A stretch of 64,000 nt of DNA from a bacterium (GCA_965213625.1 CBDBZU010000004.1:3456001-3520000), one strand, 5' to 3'. Positions 47,796-58,172 are shown, counted from the stretch's first letter. A program made the numbers and translations. Notes: generated by a model not told the origin, from the sequence alone.

Positions 47796-48221
47796 TTAAA
47801 ACCGGATGTCCTCCTCCTCACCCCCGACCCCTGCGGCGACGGGCACGCCGTTGCCGTTGTTGTTCCCGTTCGCCTTGTCCAAAAACTGGACGACCCCGCC
47901 GGGTGCTACGAGTATCTCGGTCGAGAAGCGTTCCGAATCCTCCTCGTCCTTCTTCCAGCGACGGGTCTGGAGCTTGCCCGCGACGTAGACCAGACGGCCT
48001 TTCTTCGCGTGCCGCTCGAACATGTCCACCAGGCCGGGCTGGAAGGTCACGATCCTATGCCACTCCGTTTTCTCCACCCTCTCACCGGATTGCTTGTCCA
48101 CGTAGCCCTCATCGGTGGCGATGGATAGATTTGCGACGCGTCCCCCGCTCGCGAGATGGTTGATGGTGACGTCGGCGCCTAAGCGCCCGATCAGTTCCGC
48201 ACGGTTCAGTCCGAATGCCAT
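47796..48221 (-). CDS. ssb: Single-stranded DNA-binding protein, copy 2
   Basis: SSB motifs, tail EEDIRF. Confidence 0.95.
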   Translation of the reverse strand: MAFGLNRAELIGRLGADVTINHLASGGRVANLSIATDEGYVDKQSGERVEKTEWHRIVTFQPGLVDMFERHAKKGRLVYVAGKLQTRRWKKDEEDSERFSTEILVAPGGVVQFLDKANGNNNGNGVPVAAGVGGEEEDIRF

Positions 48222-48301
48222 TTTGTTACTCCTTGAAGTGTAGTGTGGATGATAAAGTCGAGGAGCCGGAAATCCTCTCTCCCCGACCCCCCCCGTTCGT
48301 C

Positions 48302-48433
48302 CTAAACGCTACAAAACTCCACTTCGCCGTCCGCCTCGGCGCGCAGCTTGCGGATCGTGTACGCATCGAGTCCGAGTTCTGCGAGCAACTCATCCGCGGT
48401 GGGAACGTCGACGTCGTAGTCGTTCTCGTACAT
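48302..48433 (-). CDS. Unannotated 43-aa acidic protein, copy 2
   Basis: MYENDYDVDVPTADELLAELGLDAYTIRKLRAEADGEVEFCSV; same RBS as copy 1. Confidence 0.7.
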   Translation of the reverse strand: MYENDYDVDVPTADELLAELGLDAYTIRKLRAEADGEVEFCSV

Positions 48434-48636
48434 GGCCGTGCCTCCTCTCGGGTTGTCCCCGGCGGCGGGAACTGGAGACCGTCTCCCTCCCCCCTACCGG
48501 GTATTTGCCCGGCTCTCCGCTTCCCTTTCACTCTCGAGAGGAGGTTCTCACCCGGCGGGAACCACTCGCGCAAGGTGTTTGCCTTTACCGCGGATTCGTG
48601 TCAGACAGCGCACGGAGGTGAGGAAGGGAGGAGGTA

Positions 48637-49043
48637 TGGAACGACTCAAGCTCTGGTTGCCGGCGCTGCTGTGGCTGCCTGCGGGGATTATCGCAGAGGA
48701 GGTTCTGCGCACCGGGTCAATGGAGGGTGCAGATACGCTGCTTGACGTCCTGGAGTTGCTGCCCGCCGCTCCGTGCGGCATCCCCCTCGCGCTCGCCTGC
48801 CGGCGACTTGCCCGCTCGGGCTATCCGGGTCCCTCCCTGGTGGCGTGGTTGCTACTCGGCGCGGCCTCTGTGATGGGCTTCCTCGGTCCGCTCCCCGTGG
48901 GCGTTCAGGCGCTCCTGGTCTCTTTTCCGGTATGGATGGCGGTGTGGCGCCTCGAGCGTCGGCCCCGCGGCCCGGGATTCGCCCCTTCGTCAAGGCGGCC
49001 GGGGCGCGGGAGGTCTCAGGGGCCGTACCGCCCCTGGTCCTGA
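48637..49043 (+). CDS. Hypothetical membrane protein, copy 2
   Basis: GGAGG RBS before MERLKLWLPALLWLPAG; paralog of 28284-28664. Confidence 0.6.
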
Positions 49044-49161
49044 GGCCCCGCGGAGACGTCCGATACAGGTCGACTCCCCCCGTCGAAGCCTCCCGCAGGA
49101 ATCCAGACGCCGTGGGGCCGGCTGCGGAGCAGGTCGGCGTCGGCGGCACGTGCAGGCGCGC

Positions 49162-49977
49162 TCACCAGGGAGCCGCGGTGAGTTTCGCCATCACGCAGGC
49201 ATCCTCCACGACCTCGACCTCATCGCGTGAGAGTTTCGCGAAGGCGAGGCACATGGCGACCTCCTCCCAGGAGTCCAAAGGTCCGTGCTCGATGCCCGTG
49301 GCCAGTTCCACCACGGTGTAGCGTGGTGGATGGACGGGCATTCCCCGGTGTTCGCCCGATGAGAAATACGATCGCCTGGCGCACGCCTCACACCTGGCTG
49401 CTCCATGAGAGGGGGCTGCGCAGTCAACACATGCCCCGCGGGCGCGCCTTGTATGATAGCGCGCCCGGCTGGCGGCGTTCTTGAGCGGACGGCGCTTTGA
49501 ATCCCTTTTGGCGCACGAAGCGCACGTCGAAGCCTTTCCGGTTACGGCGCCTCCGCAACGACCGCAAAGGCCCCTGGAGCGTCTTTTTTCATAGAGCTTC
49601 TTCTCCTCCGCCCGCCTCGCTTCCCGGCAGGCCTCGCAGACGACGCTGCCCTCCGCCGGAGCAAACTCTCCGCAGCGTACGCATAACCCGGCCTCCTTGC
49701 GCTCGCGCCTGCGCTTTCTCGTCCTCTCCCGCGCCATGCGCCGGCGGCTCTCGGGATCCCGCCCGCCGTATGCAGTTCCCCCTGCCCGGGCTCTCAAGTA
49801 GCGGGCGCGCTCGGCGACTCGGCTTCTATCGAGGCAGACCTCGCATAGGCTTCGCCCGGGCGCAGGAGGTTTTTTCCCGCATTTTGGACAAAGGCCCATC
49901 TCCTTGCGTTTGGCCGCCCGCCTCCTGTGGCGTTCGCGTTCGAAAGCGCGTCTTCGCTCCGGGTCCTTGTGGGGCAT
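49162..49977 (-). CDS. Arg-rich protein with 8 CxxC motifs (four putative Zn ribbons)
   Basis: CPKC/CEVC, CVRC/CEAC, CGRC/CASC, CVDC/CEAC separated by Arg-rich helices; AAGGAGG RBS. Confidence 0.75.
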   Translation of the reverse strand: MPHKDPERRRAFERERHRRRAAKRKEMGLCPKCGKKPPAPGRSLCEVCLDRSRVAERARYLRARAGGTAYGGRDPESRRRMARERTRKRRRERKEAGLCVRCGEFAPAEGSVVCEACREARRAEEKKLYEKRRSRGLCGRCGGAVTGKASTCASCAKRDSKRRPLKNAASRARYHTRRARGACVDCAAPSHGAARCEACARRSYFSSGEHRGMPVHPPRYTVVELATGIEHGPLDSWEEVAMCLAFAKLSRDEVEVVEDACVMAKLTAAPW

Positions 49978-50057
49978 CCTCTCTCCCTCCTTTGGGTGGA
50001 TGGAATCCGTACGGCCGGCGCCTGGCAGGACGTCCTCCCGGCGCGGGCCGGGAAGCC

Positions 50058-50357
50058 TCACCGGCACAGCATCTTTCCCCACACGAGGTGTTCGCCCCAC
50101 AGTTGCAGGCCGCTACCGGGGAGTTTAAGCCCCGTGCAGACAATGAGTTCATCCCGCGCGGGCCGCATATCCCGGACGGCTCTCCGCGAGGCGGTCACGC
50201 GCTTGCTCCTGCGCCCGCCCTTCTCCCCTCCGGGCAGGGGCCTGAGCTCGCCCCCGCCCGTGGATTTGTAGCGTCTTACCTCGTATCGCTCGTCGGCGAG
50301 TCCCTCGCCGAAGAGATGGGTGAGGAAGGTGTTCGCCTGTGGTTTCGGTTTACGCAT
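50058..50357 (-). CDS. Conserved basic hypothetical protein (MRKPKP...), copy 2
   Basis: Paralog of 29690-29992; AAGGAGG RBS. Confidence 0.7.
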   Translation of the reverse strand: MRKPKPQANTFLTHLFGEGLADERYEVRRYKSTGGGELRPLPGGEKGGRRSKRVTASRRAVRDMRPARDELIVCTGLKLPGSGLQLWGEHLVWGKMLCR

Positions 50358-50529
50358 CGCGCGGCCTCCTTGGAATGGGTGGATGATGGCGGCGACCGGT
50401 ACTGACCGGAGAGGGAGAACCTCCCTCCCGGACGCCCCGCCGCGCCTCCTCCCGGCCCGGCTCGGCCTCTTGGCGGCGCAAAGTGCGCCGGGGTCTTTCA
50501 CGGGAAGGGTGTGTCCGGGTCGTGGCCGT

Positions 50530-50780
50530 GAAGTTCCTGCTCCTCCAGTTCGTGGCGCCAGACGTAGCGCTCTCCCCTCCCGTCGGGGAGCCGGTAGCGG
50601 GTGAAAGCCGTCCCCGTGGCGGAACCCCCGCCACAGGACGCACGGCAGCGCCGTGAGAAGGCGCCAGAGGGCCCACAGGGAGGCGGAGACCGATCCCGGC
50701 CGCGAGAGAGAGGATTGTGGCGAGGACCGCGAGTGCGTGCGCCGCCCGGCCTCTCCGGCTGCGTCCACGGCGTTCCGGGT
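50530..50780 (-). pseudogene. Degenerate paralog of the 6359-6706 membrane protein
   Basis: ALWRLLTALPCVLWRGFRHGD vs ALWCFLTALAGALRRACRGD; shared DNA AGCGCCGTGAGAA..CCAGAG. Confidence 0.5.
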
Positions 50781-51065
50781 CTTGCTCAGGGTGTGAGGCT
50801 CAGGGGGGTTGCTTTTGCGCGCCATTATTTTATAATCAACGTTAACATTCAAATTCTATGTTTCTGAAAACGTTCATTTTCTGGGTGTGGGGTTTCTGGC
50901 AACTTATTGAAGCGAGGTCACGATGAAGACACTGAGCACGTTTGTCAGGGGATGGAAGAAATTGTGTGAATCCGGGTACCGGTTCTGCGCCGCGCGAGGC
51001 GGGGATATCCGGAAAATCCGTTCCGGGGGGTTGACAAACCGGCTCCGGGGGTCTTTGCATAATGA

Positions 51066-51124
51066 AGCCGAGCCGAGCCGAGCCGAGCCGAGCCGAGCCG
51101 AGCCGAGCCGAGCCGAGCCGAGCC
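51066..51124. repeat. Pentanucleotide microsatellite (AGCCG)x11.8
   Basis: Perfect tandem repeat, read directly. Confidence 0.97.
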
Positions 51125-51399
51125 ACCCTTGCTACGTCTCCGTAGCGCTGCCGCCTAGGGCGCTCCGCCTCCCGCCTGAGCCTTCCCCTACCGCCGGATG
51201 GCGGTCCGATATCGACCGGCATTGCCGCACTGCCGGTCCGCCGGCCCTTTCCTCAACAGGTTCCCTGCGACCGTCGCGCGCTCCCGTGCGTGCTGCGGGC
51301 GCTTCCGTTTGTGATCTGCGGCGCGGACCGATGTCCGGTGCTGCGGCCTTACGCACTACCAATCAAACTCTCACCGTCAAAGAGGAGTGTTGGAGAGCG

Positions 51400-54300
51400 A
51401 TGAAGTCTGTCCTGACAGCGCAAGGCTGGCGCTTGATTGCAGCCGTGGCGTTCCTGATTGCCGCAGTTCTTTTCGTCCCGCAGGCGCATGCCAATGACGA
51501 CCTGCCCACAGTTACGATCGAGGACGCAACGGCCCGCGAAGGGTCGATAATTACCTTCGTCGCGCGTCTCGACAAGCCCAACCGCACCCGGCAGCTGCTT
51601 CGGTTTTCCTGGAAGACGAAGGGAGGCACGGCCACGCCGGGTCAGGACTACACGGACAGCAAATACACGGCCTCGTTCTGGCCTGGTGAGAGCAAGACGG
51701 AAATTCACTTGTTCACAACGCGGGACGACCTTGACGAGGGAAGCGAAACCTTCGAGCTGGTGGCCTCCGACCCGTGGCGACTCAAGCTCGGGAACACCAC
51801 GGCGACCGGGACCATTGAGGATCCGCCAAAGAGGTCGAGCTCGAACCTGCCTGTTGTCAGCGTGCTCCCGGGCGCGGGCGTTACGGAAGGTGAAGCCGCC
51901 CTGTTTACACTCGTCGCCAACCCGCGGCCTGCCAGGCCGTTGAGGGTCAGCGTCACTATCGCCCAGACAGGCTCGTTCGCAACGTCGGGCCAGACCGGCA
52001 GGCGGACCGTTACCATCCCTTCCCGCGGGCAGGCCAGCTTCTCGGTCAGAACCGCAGACGACGGGCGGAACGAGGCGCCCGGCTCGGTGAATGTGAGGGT
52101 GAATTCCGGTTCCGGATACCAGGTATCCAGCAGCGCCCGTTATCGTTCCACCAGCGTCGATGTGGCCGACAACGATCGGCCCGTCATCAGCATAAGCGCG
52201 GGCTCGAAGGTCCGCGAAGGAAGGGCTGCCAGCTTCACGCTGTCGGCAAGCCCGCGGCCTGCGGCGCCCATCGTCGTCAAGGTGGCCGTGACCCAGAAGG
52301 GCGAATTCGCAAGCCAGGGTCAACTGGGCGAGAGAACCGTCACCATCGGCACCGATGGCAGAGGGAGCCTCAGTGTCGCGACCGACAGCGACACGCGAGA
52401 CGAGGATGACGGGTTCATCATGGCAAGCCTGACCGGCGGCCAGGCCTATACCGTGGGTACGCTGGCCTCCGCGCGCGTTGTCGTGACCGACGGCGGCGCG
52501 CCGACGCCCAGGATCGGCGTCCGCGCCCTATCCTCCGCCATCGTCGAGGGCGGCACCGCCCGCTTCGAGTTGACCGCGAGCCCCCGGCCCGCAACCCCGT
52601 TGAACGTGCGGGTGGAGATCACCGACAGCGGCAGCTTTGCGAGCCAGGGCGAGATCGGCACGAGAACCGTGACCATCGGCACCACGGGCAGGGCTACAAT
52701 CGATGTAGAGACGGACAACGACCTGGTGTCGGAGCCCGACGGTTCACTGACCGCCAGGGTGCGTTCCGGCACGGGTTATCTCGTGGCCTCCTCCGGCCGG
52801 GCCTCTGTCCAGGTTCGGGACGAGAGCGTTCAGGTCCGGATCAGCGCCGCCGGGAACATCGTCGAAGGCGGCACCGCAAGCTTCACACTGACGGCCCATC
52901 CGGCACCGCCGGAAAGCCTGGTGGTGAATGTCAACATCACGGAGAAGGGCGGCTTCCTGCCGGGCGGCGCCTATGCGGAGACCATCACGGTTGGCACGGA
53001 CGGACGCCAAACCTTCTCCGTCGATACGATCCACGATGAAAGGGCGGAAGCAGACGGCGCCATCGTCGCGACCGTCGAGAGCGGCTACGGATACGAGCCG
53101 GGCTCTCCGGCCAGAGCGACGGCGAGGGTTTCCGACTCGACGCCGACGGTCACCATAGCCGCCGGCCCGGCCGTTATCGAAGGCGATACCGCAAGGTTTT
53201 CGCTGACGGCCCGTCCGGCGCCCAAACGCAACCTGACGGTGCGCCTCAAGGTGACCGAGGTCGCCGGCGGGAGCTTCGTTCCTTCCGATGAGCTCGGACA
53301 GAGGAATGTCACCGTCTACGCGGCCGACGGCACGGGAACCCTGGAGCTCTCCACCGAAGACGACCTGACGGATGAAGCCGGCGGCACCATCACCGCCGCA
53401 ATCCTTGCAGATGAGGACGGCTATTACCGGACCGGTTCGCCCAGGTCGGCCACGCTTCGGGTCAATGATGACGATCATGGCCGCAACGAGCTGACCGTGT
53501 CGGTCGCCGACGCCGAGGTGAAGGAAGGTGAACGGGACGATAGGGGCATGAGGAGGCTCGCATTCCCCGTGACGCTCAGCAAGCCGGCCAGCCACTGGGT
53601 CTCGGTGTATTTCCAGATCCGTCCCCGGGAAGAGGGCCCCGGAGTGACCCCGGCGACGCCCGATGTCGACTACAGGGCGACCGGCCACCTGGCGGCCCGC
53701 TGGATACGGTTCCGTCCGGGTGTGACCGAAACGTTCACTCATGTCGACATCTACGATGACGACGAATATGAGCCGGATCCGGAGACGTTCGAACTGGTCA
53801 TCAGCCGGGCATGGGGAGCGGAAATCGCCGATGGTCGCGCCATAGGCACCATCCTGCCCGATTCGCTGGACGCGCCGCGCGGCACGCCGGTGGTCACGAT
53901 CACAGCGGAAGGCGCTGTCGAGGAAGGACGGCGCGCCACCTTCAAATTGAGGGCGGCGCCCGCGCCGGAGGAAGACCTTGTCGTCAATGTAACAGTGTAT
54001 GACGACAGTCTCGGAACCCCGGAGAGCGACTATCTCGCCGAAAGCGACGAGGGCCCGCAGACGGTGACCATTCCCGGTATCGCCAACCCGCGGGTGGCCG
54101 CCTATTACGGGGACAGTATCGCAACCTTGACCTTGAACACGGTTGACGATGACACGGAGGAAGTAGGCGGCAAGATTTCCGTGCATGTCGATAACCCCAG
54201 CGACGGGAGCTATGAAGCCGGCCAGGAGCTCTATTCCGCCGAGGTCGGTGTTCGCGACAATGACGGACCGCCCTTGTCCGTCGCTCCGGCTTTCAGTATT

Positions 54301-56157
54301 GCGGATGCAACGGCATACGAGTCTGACGGATCGATCCGCTTCGACGTCACGCTGGATTCTCCCGTCCCACCGGGTGCGGGGCCCATGACGGTCGATTACC
54401 AGACCTTGACCTGGGCGGGGGGTGCCAAACGGGGGGAAGATTTCGAGGACAAGCACGGGACGCTGACGTTCTACGAGGGAGAATCGTGGAAGGAGATCGA
54501 GATCACGATCAAGGACGACCAGCACGATGAGGGTGCGGAGCACTTCCGCGTGTATCTGTGGAACGCGCAGGGCGGCGCCAGGATTGCCGACCATTCGGCG
54601 ACGGGCACGATCACCAACTCGGACCCGATGCCAGCGGCGTGGCTGGCGCGTTTCGGGCGCGCGGCGGCGGAACAGGCGCTGGACGGCATTGCCAGGCGCA
54701 TCGCGGCCTCGCGCACTGCCGGGGTGCAGGGCACGATCTCCGGACAGGCGCTCAACTTCGATCCCGGATCGCAGTCCGAGGTCGCCCGCGCCTTCGGCGC
54801 CGGTCATGGCGGCTTCGGCAGCAGCGGCCCTGATGGCTTCGGCTCTCTAGGCTTCGGTCAGCATCGCTTCGGCGGAAGCGGCGCGCAGTCCCGGTCCATG
54901 ACGGCTCGCGAAGCTTTGCTCGGCAGCAGCTTCACGCAGACAGGGGAGAAGGACGGCACGGGCGGCAGCTTCGCCTTCTGGGGCCGGGCGGCGCAGTCGA
55001 GCTTCGACGGCCGGGAGGGCAGCTTCTCGCTCGACGGCGAGGCGACCACGGCGATGCTGGGCGCGGACTATGCGCGCGGCGACTGGCTGGTCGGCATGGC
55101 GCTGATGCATAGCAGCGGAGAAGGCGGCTATGCAGACAACGGACCGGTTTCCGGGGCAGGCAGCGGTACGGATTCCGTGCGCTGTCCCCAACCTCTGGAT
55201 GCCGGGATGCGGAGGGTCCTTTGCAGCGGCGCCGTGCGGGAAGGCGACGGCAGTGTGGAGGCGTCGCTGACGGCGGCGGTGCCCTATGCCTCGCTCCGGG
55301 TCTCGGAACGCCTGAAGCTCTGGGGCGCGCTCGGCTACGGTTCGGGCGAGGTGACGCTCGAGACGGCCATGGGCGACCGCTATGACGCGGACACGACGTG
55401 GTCCATGGCGGCGGCGGGACTCAGGGGCGGCCTTTTGAAGCCCGGGGGCTTCGGACTCGCCCTTCTCGCCGACGCGCTGTGGACGCGCACGGATTCAGAT
55501 GAGACCGGCGAGCTTTCGGCCTCGCGCTCCGAGGTGAACCGGCTTCGGCTGGGAATCGAGGGGAGCCGTGAATTCACGCTCGATGTCGGCGTCGTTGCAC
55601 CTCGGGTCGAATTCGGGGTGCGCCACGACGGGGGCGGCGCGGAGACGGGCTTCGGCGTCGAGGTGGGCGCCGGGGTATCGCTCACCGCCGAGCGTCTCGG
55701 CCTCGTGCTCGACGTATCGGGCCGCACGCTGCTCGCGCACGAGGACGAGGACCTGAAGGACCGGGGGATATCGGCCTCGCTGACCTATGACCCGGACCCC
55801 GGGAGCAAACGGGGCGCTTCGTTCGCGCTCCGGCGCGACCTGGGCGGTTCGGCCGCGGACGGGCTCGACGCGCTGTTCGCCTCCGATCCGCTGGCGAAGC
55901 GCTCCGGCGGGCGGAGCGACGGCTGGCGCGCGGAGGCTGCCTGGGGGCTGCCCGCCTTCGGCGGACGCTTCACGGGTTCTCCCTTCCTCGCCTGGGGCTT
56001 CTCGGCCGGGGCGCGGGACTACGACGTGGGCTGGCGCCTCGAACCCGAGGCTGCAGGCGCCCCCGACCTCTCGCTCGCCGTAAAGGCCACGCGGCGAGAG
56101 GCGGCGGACGATACGACCGACCACGGCGTCGGTGTCGACCTCACCGCACGCTGGTAG
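51400..56157 (+). CDS. Large surface adhesin/autotransporter with Calx-beta and Ig-like repeats
   Basis: Signal peptide ending AHA; Calx-beta-like TATPGQDY...DE..ETF; ~100-aa repeats V.EG..A.FTL.A.P.P; beta-barrel-like C-terminus ending in W. Confidence 0.85.
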   Translation: MKSVLTAQGWRLIAAVAFLIAAVLFVPQAHANDDLPTVTIEDATAREGSIITFVARLDKPNRTRQLLRFSWKTKGGTATPGQDYTDSKYTASFWPGESKTEIHLFTTRDDLDEGSETFELVASDPWRLKLGNTTATGTIEDPPKRSSSNLPVVSVLPGAGVTEGEAALFTLVANPRPARPLRVSVTIAQTGSFATSGQTGRRTVTIPSRGQASFSVRTADDGRNEAPGSVNVRVNSGSGYQVSSSARYRSTSVDVADNDRPVISISAGSKVREGRAASFTLSASPRPAAPIVVKVAVTQKGEFASQGQLGERTVTIGTDGRGSLSVATDSDTRDEDDGFIMASLTGGQAYTVGTLASARVVVTDGGAPTPRIGVRALSSAIVEGGTARFELTASPRPATPLNVRVEITDSGSFASQGEIGTRTVTIGTTGRATIDVETDNDLVSEPDGSLTARVRSGTGYLVASSGRASVQVRDESVQVRISAAGNIVEGGTASFTLTAHPAPPESLVVNVNITEKGGFLPGGAYAETITVGTDGRQTFSVDTIHDERAEADGAIVATVESGYGYEPGSPARATARVSDSTPTVTIAAGPAVIEGDTARFSLTARPAPKRNLTVRLKVTEVAGGSFVPSDELGQRNVTVYAADGTGTLELSTEDDLTDEAGGTITAAILADEDGYYRTGSPRSATLRVNDDDHGRNELTVSVADAEVKEGERDDRGMRRLAFPVTLSKPASHWVSVYFQIRPREEGPGVTPATPDVDYRATGHLAARWIRFRPGVTETFTHVDIYDDDEYEPDPETFELVISRAWGAEIADGRAIGTILPDSLDAPRGTPVVTITAEGAVEEGRRATFKLRAAPAPEEDLVVNVTVYDDSLGTPESDYLAESDEGPQTVTIPGIANPRVAAYYGDSIATLTLNTVDDDTEEVGGKISVHVDNPSDGSYEAGQELYSAEVGVRDNDGPPLSVAPAFSIADATAYESDGSIRFDVTLDSPVPPGAGPMTVDYQTLTWAGGAKRGEDFEDKHGTLTFYEGESWKEIEITIKDDQHDEGAEHFRVYLWNAQGGARIADHSATGTITNSDPMPAAWLARFGRAAAEQALDGIARRIAASRTAGVQGTISGQALNFDPGSQSEVARAFGAGHGGFGSSGPDGFGSLGFGQHRFGGSGAQSRSMTAREALLGSSFTQTGEKDGTGGSFAFWGRAAQSSFDGREGSFSLDGEATTAMLGADYARGDWLVGMALMHSSGEGGYADNGPVSGAGSGTDSVRCPQPLDAGMRRVLCSGAVREGDGSVEASLTAAVPYASLRVSERLKLWGALGYGSGEVTLETAMGDRYDADTTWSMAAAGLRGGLLKPGGFGLALLADALWTRTDSDETGELSASRSEVNRLRLGIEGSREFTLDVGVVAPRVEFGVRHDGGGAETGFGVEVGAGVSLTAERLGLVLDVSGRTLLAHEDEDLKDRGISASLTYDPDPGSKRGASFALRRDLGGSAADGLDALFASDPLAKRSGGRSDGWRAEAAWGLPAFGGRFTGSPFLAWGFSAGARDYDVGWRLEPEAAGAPDLSLAVKATRREAADDTTDHGVGVDLTARW

Positions 56158-56175
56158 AATACGGCGGAAGCGGGT

Positions 56176-57330
56176 TCAGGGAGAGGACGCCCCGGGATAC
56201 CCCTTCAGCACGTCCGCCGCGATGCTCTCTGATACCTCGAGGGCTGCCTCTCTCACCGAATCGCGCGCGGGATGCGCGTAGCGCGCCGTGGTTTCGACCC
56301 GCGCGTGGCCGAGCAGCTTCCCGATGGCGGGCAGGGATTCGCCCAGCGCAAGCGCGCGCGAGGCGTAGGAATGACGAAGGTCATGGAGCCGCACGTCACG
56401 GAGACCGGCGCGTTCACGGATGATCTCCCAGGGGTCGCTCAGGTTGCGCATATGCTCTCCCGGGACCTTGCTCGGTATGACCCATGGATTGCCCGCAACC
56501 CGGGGCGCGTTCGCCAGCACTTCCGCCGCATCGGGCGAGAGCGACACGCACCGCGGGCCGGTCTTCGAATCCGTGAGCTTGAGTTCGCCCGCCTCGAGGT
56601 CCACGTCCTCCCAGCGCAGCGAGAGGATCTCCGACTTCCTGCACCCGGTCAGAACGAGGAGCCTGATGGCGGCCACGGCGTGGACGGACACGCCCTTGCG
56701 GACACCGGCTTCTGTGAGCGTGCGGCCGAGGCGGCGGAACTCCTCCGTGCTCAGGAAGCTCTCGCGCCTGCGTTCGCGGTTTCTCGCCACGAGCCGGCAG
56801 GGATTGATAACCCCCTCGGGCAGGCGGCCCCGGTCCACGGCCGCGTTCCAGATGCGCGAGAGCGTATCGATTACATGGTTCGCCATGACCGGCGTCGCCC
56901 GGAGAGCGTGGTGCAGGTCCGCCGTCTTCGCGTGATCGACTGCGAGCGCGGGCGTCCTCCCGAGCGCGGGCAGTATGTGTCTCTCCACGATCAGCCGGTA
57001 CATCCGGGCCGTCCTGGGCTTCCAGCGCACCGCGACGTGCTCCTCCAGCCATGCCTGAGCCAGCTCGCCCACCGCCGGGCCTTTCGCCTTGCTCACGAGC
57101 TCAGCGGGCTCCCCGCCCGACTTGACCTGCGCGATGACGTGTGCAGCGCGCCTCCGCGCTTCTTCCGCCGTGATCACCCCGTGACGGCCCAGCGTCACCC
57201 GCTTCGCCGGCCGGCCCCGCGCGCGCGTCTGCGCCACATAGAACCTGCTCCCCGTGGGGTAGACGCGGACGCCGAAGCCCGGCAGTTCAGAATCCCAAAA
57301 GACGGTCGATGATGAATGCGATTTCCCTAT
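56176..57330 (-). CDS. Tyrosine integrase, probably lacking its native N-terminus
   Basis: VFWDSELPGFGVRV, LTGCRKSE, HDLRH, LLGH, TARYAH; upstream ORF part runs through a repeated non-coding motif. Confidence 0.8.
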   Translation of the reverse strand: MGKSHSSSTVFWDSELPGFGVRVYPTGSRFYVAQTRARGRPAKRVTLGRHGVITAEEARRRAAHVIAQVKSGGEPAELVSKAKGPAVGELAQAWLEEHVAVRWKPRTARMYRLIVERHILPALGRTPALAVDHAKTADLHHALRATPVMANHVIDTLSRIWNAAVDRGRLPEGVINPCRLVARNRERRRESFLSTEEFRRLGRTLTEAGVRKGVSVHAVAAIRLLVLTGCRKSEILSLRWEDVDLEAGELKLTDSKTGPRCVSLSPDAAEVLANAPRVAGNPWVIPSKVPGEHMRNLSDPWEIIRERAGLRDVRLHDLRHSYASRALALGESLPAIGKLLGHARVETTARYAHPARDSVREAALEVSESIAADVLKGYPGASSP

Positions 57331-57779
57331 AACGTCCTCTCCAGGACGACCCTTCGCCCCCTCCCCGGCCAGACTCGGCCTTTTCGCGGCGTAGAGCGGC
57401 ATCTGCGGACCGCGATACGATTGCGCTCAGTCGTGCTCTTTGCGAACATGCGTGAGCACATGCGGGTGCGTTCAGGGGAAACTTGAGGAAGTCCGGCAGC
57501 GAGACCCGGGCGAAGGGCACTCTCACGAGAGGGAGACGCTGCCTGCCGGGGCCGGGCAGGTACATGATCGGAAATCGGCCGGTGCTGCGGCACCGTCAAA
57601 TTCTCGCGCACAGGCTGCCGGGTGGCGTCTGGCGGTGCCGGAACTACGGCTTTCATGTGGTGTTGATATAGTGTTGATTCCATTCCGAATCAAATGGCTA
57701 AAGAATTATCTATCCTGTAACCTATTGTAAATATATGAATTAAAAAACATGCCCCGCATGAAATCCTCCAAACTTCCAA

Positions 57780-58130
57780 GTCGCGAATCTCTCGATCGCC
57801 ACCGACGAGGGCTACGTGGACAAGCAGAGCGGTGACCGGGTGGACAAGACCGAGTGGCACCGGGTCGTGACCTTCCAGCCCGGGCTGGTGGATATGTTCG
57901 AAAAGCACGCGAAGAAGGGCCGCCTGGTCTACGTGGCGGGCAAGCTACAGACCAGGCGCTGGAAGAAGGACGAGGAGGACTCGGACCGGTTCTCGACCGA
58001 GATCCTCGTAGCACCTGGTGGGCGCGTCCAGTTCTTGGACAAGGTGAACGGCAACGGTAACGGCGCGCACGCCGAGACGGCTGACGTGGTGGCCACTGTG
58101 GGCGTCGCGGGCGAAGAAATTCCATTCTGA
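57780..58130 (+). pseudogene. ssb: ssb copy 3, 5'-truncated
   Basis: Similarity starts at ...ANLSIATDEG; the first ~28 codons are replaced by AT-rich DNA. Confidence 0.85.
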
Positions 58131-58137
58131 ACACGAC

Positions 58138-58172
58138 AAGGGCCGGCGCTACGGCGTCGGCCCTTTCATTTT
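58138..58172 (+). terminator. Intrinsic terminator after ssb copy 3
   Basis: AAGGGCCGGCGC-TACG-GCGTCGGCCCTT followed by a T-rich tail. Confidence 0.7.

Noticed and set aside
50923-51399. N-terminal 159 aa of the 1744-aa ORF, including (AEPSR)n
   Set aside because: It is a translation of the promoter region and microsatellite; the RBS and signal peptide point to ATG 51400.
52744-54807. Long antisense ORFs (this 687-aa one, 9843-11201, 31107-32267 and others)
   Set aside because: Shadow frames of GC-rich genes with no recognisable motifs.
57650-57790. tRNA fragment as an att site next to the integrase
   Set aside because: No T-arm/CCA or cloverleaf pattern was recognisable; no tRNA or rRNA was seen anywhere in the window.
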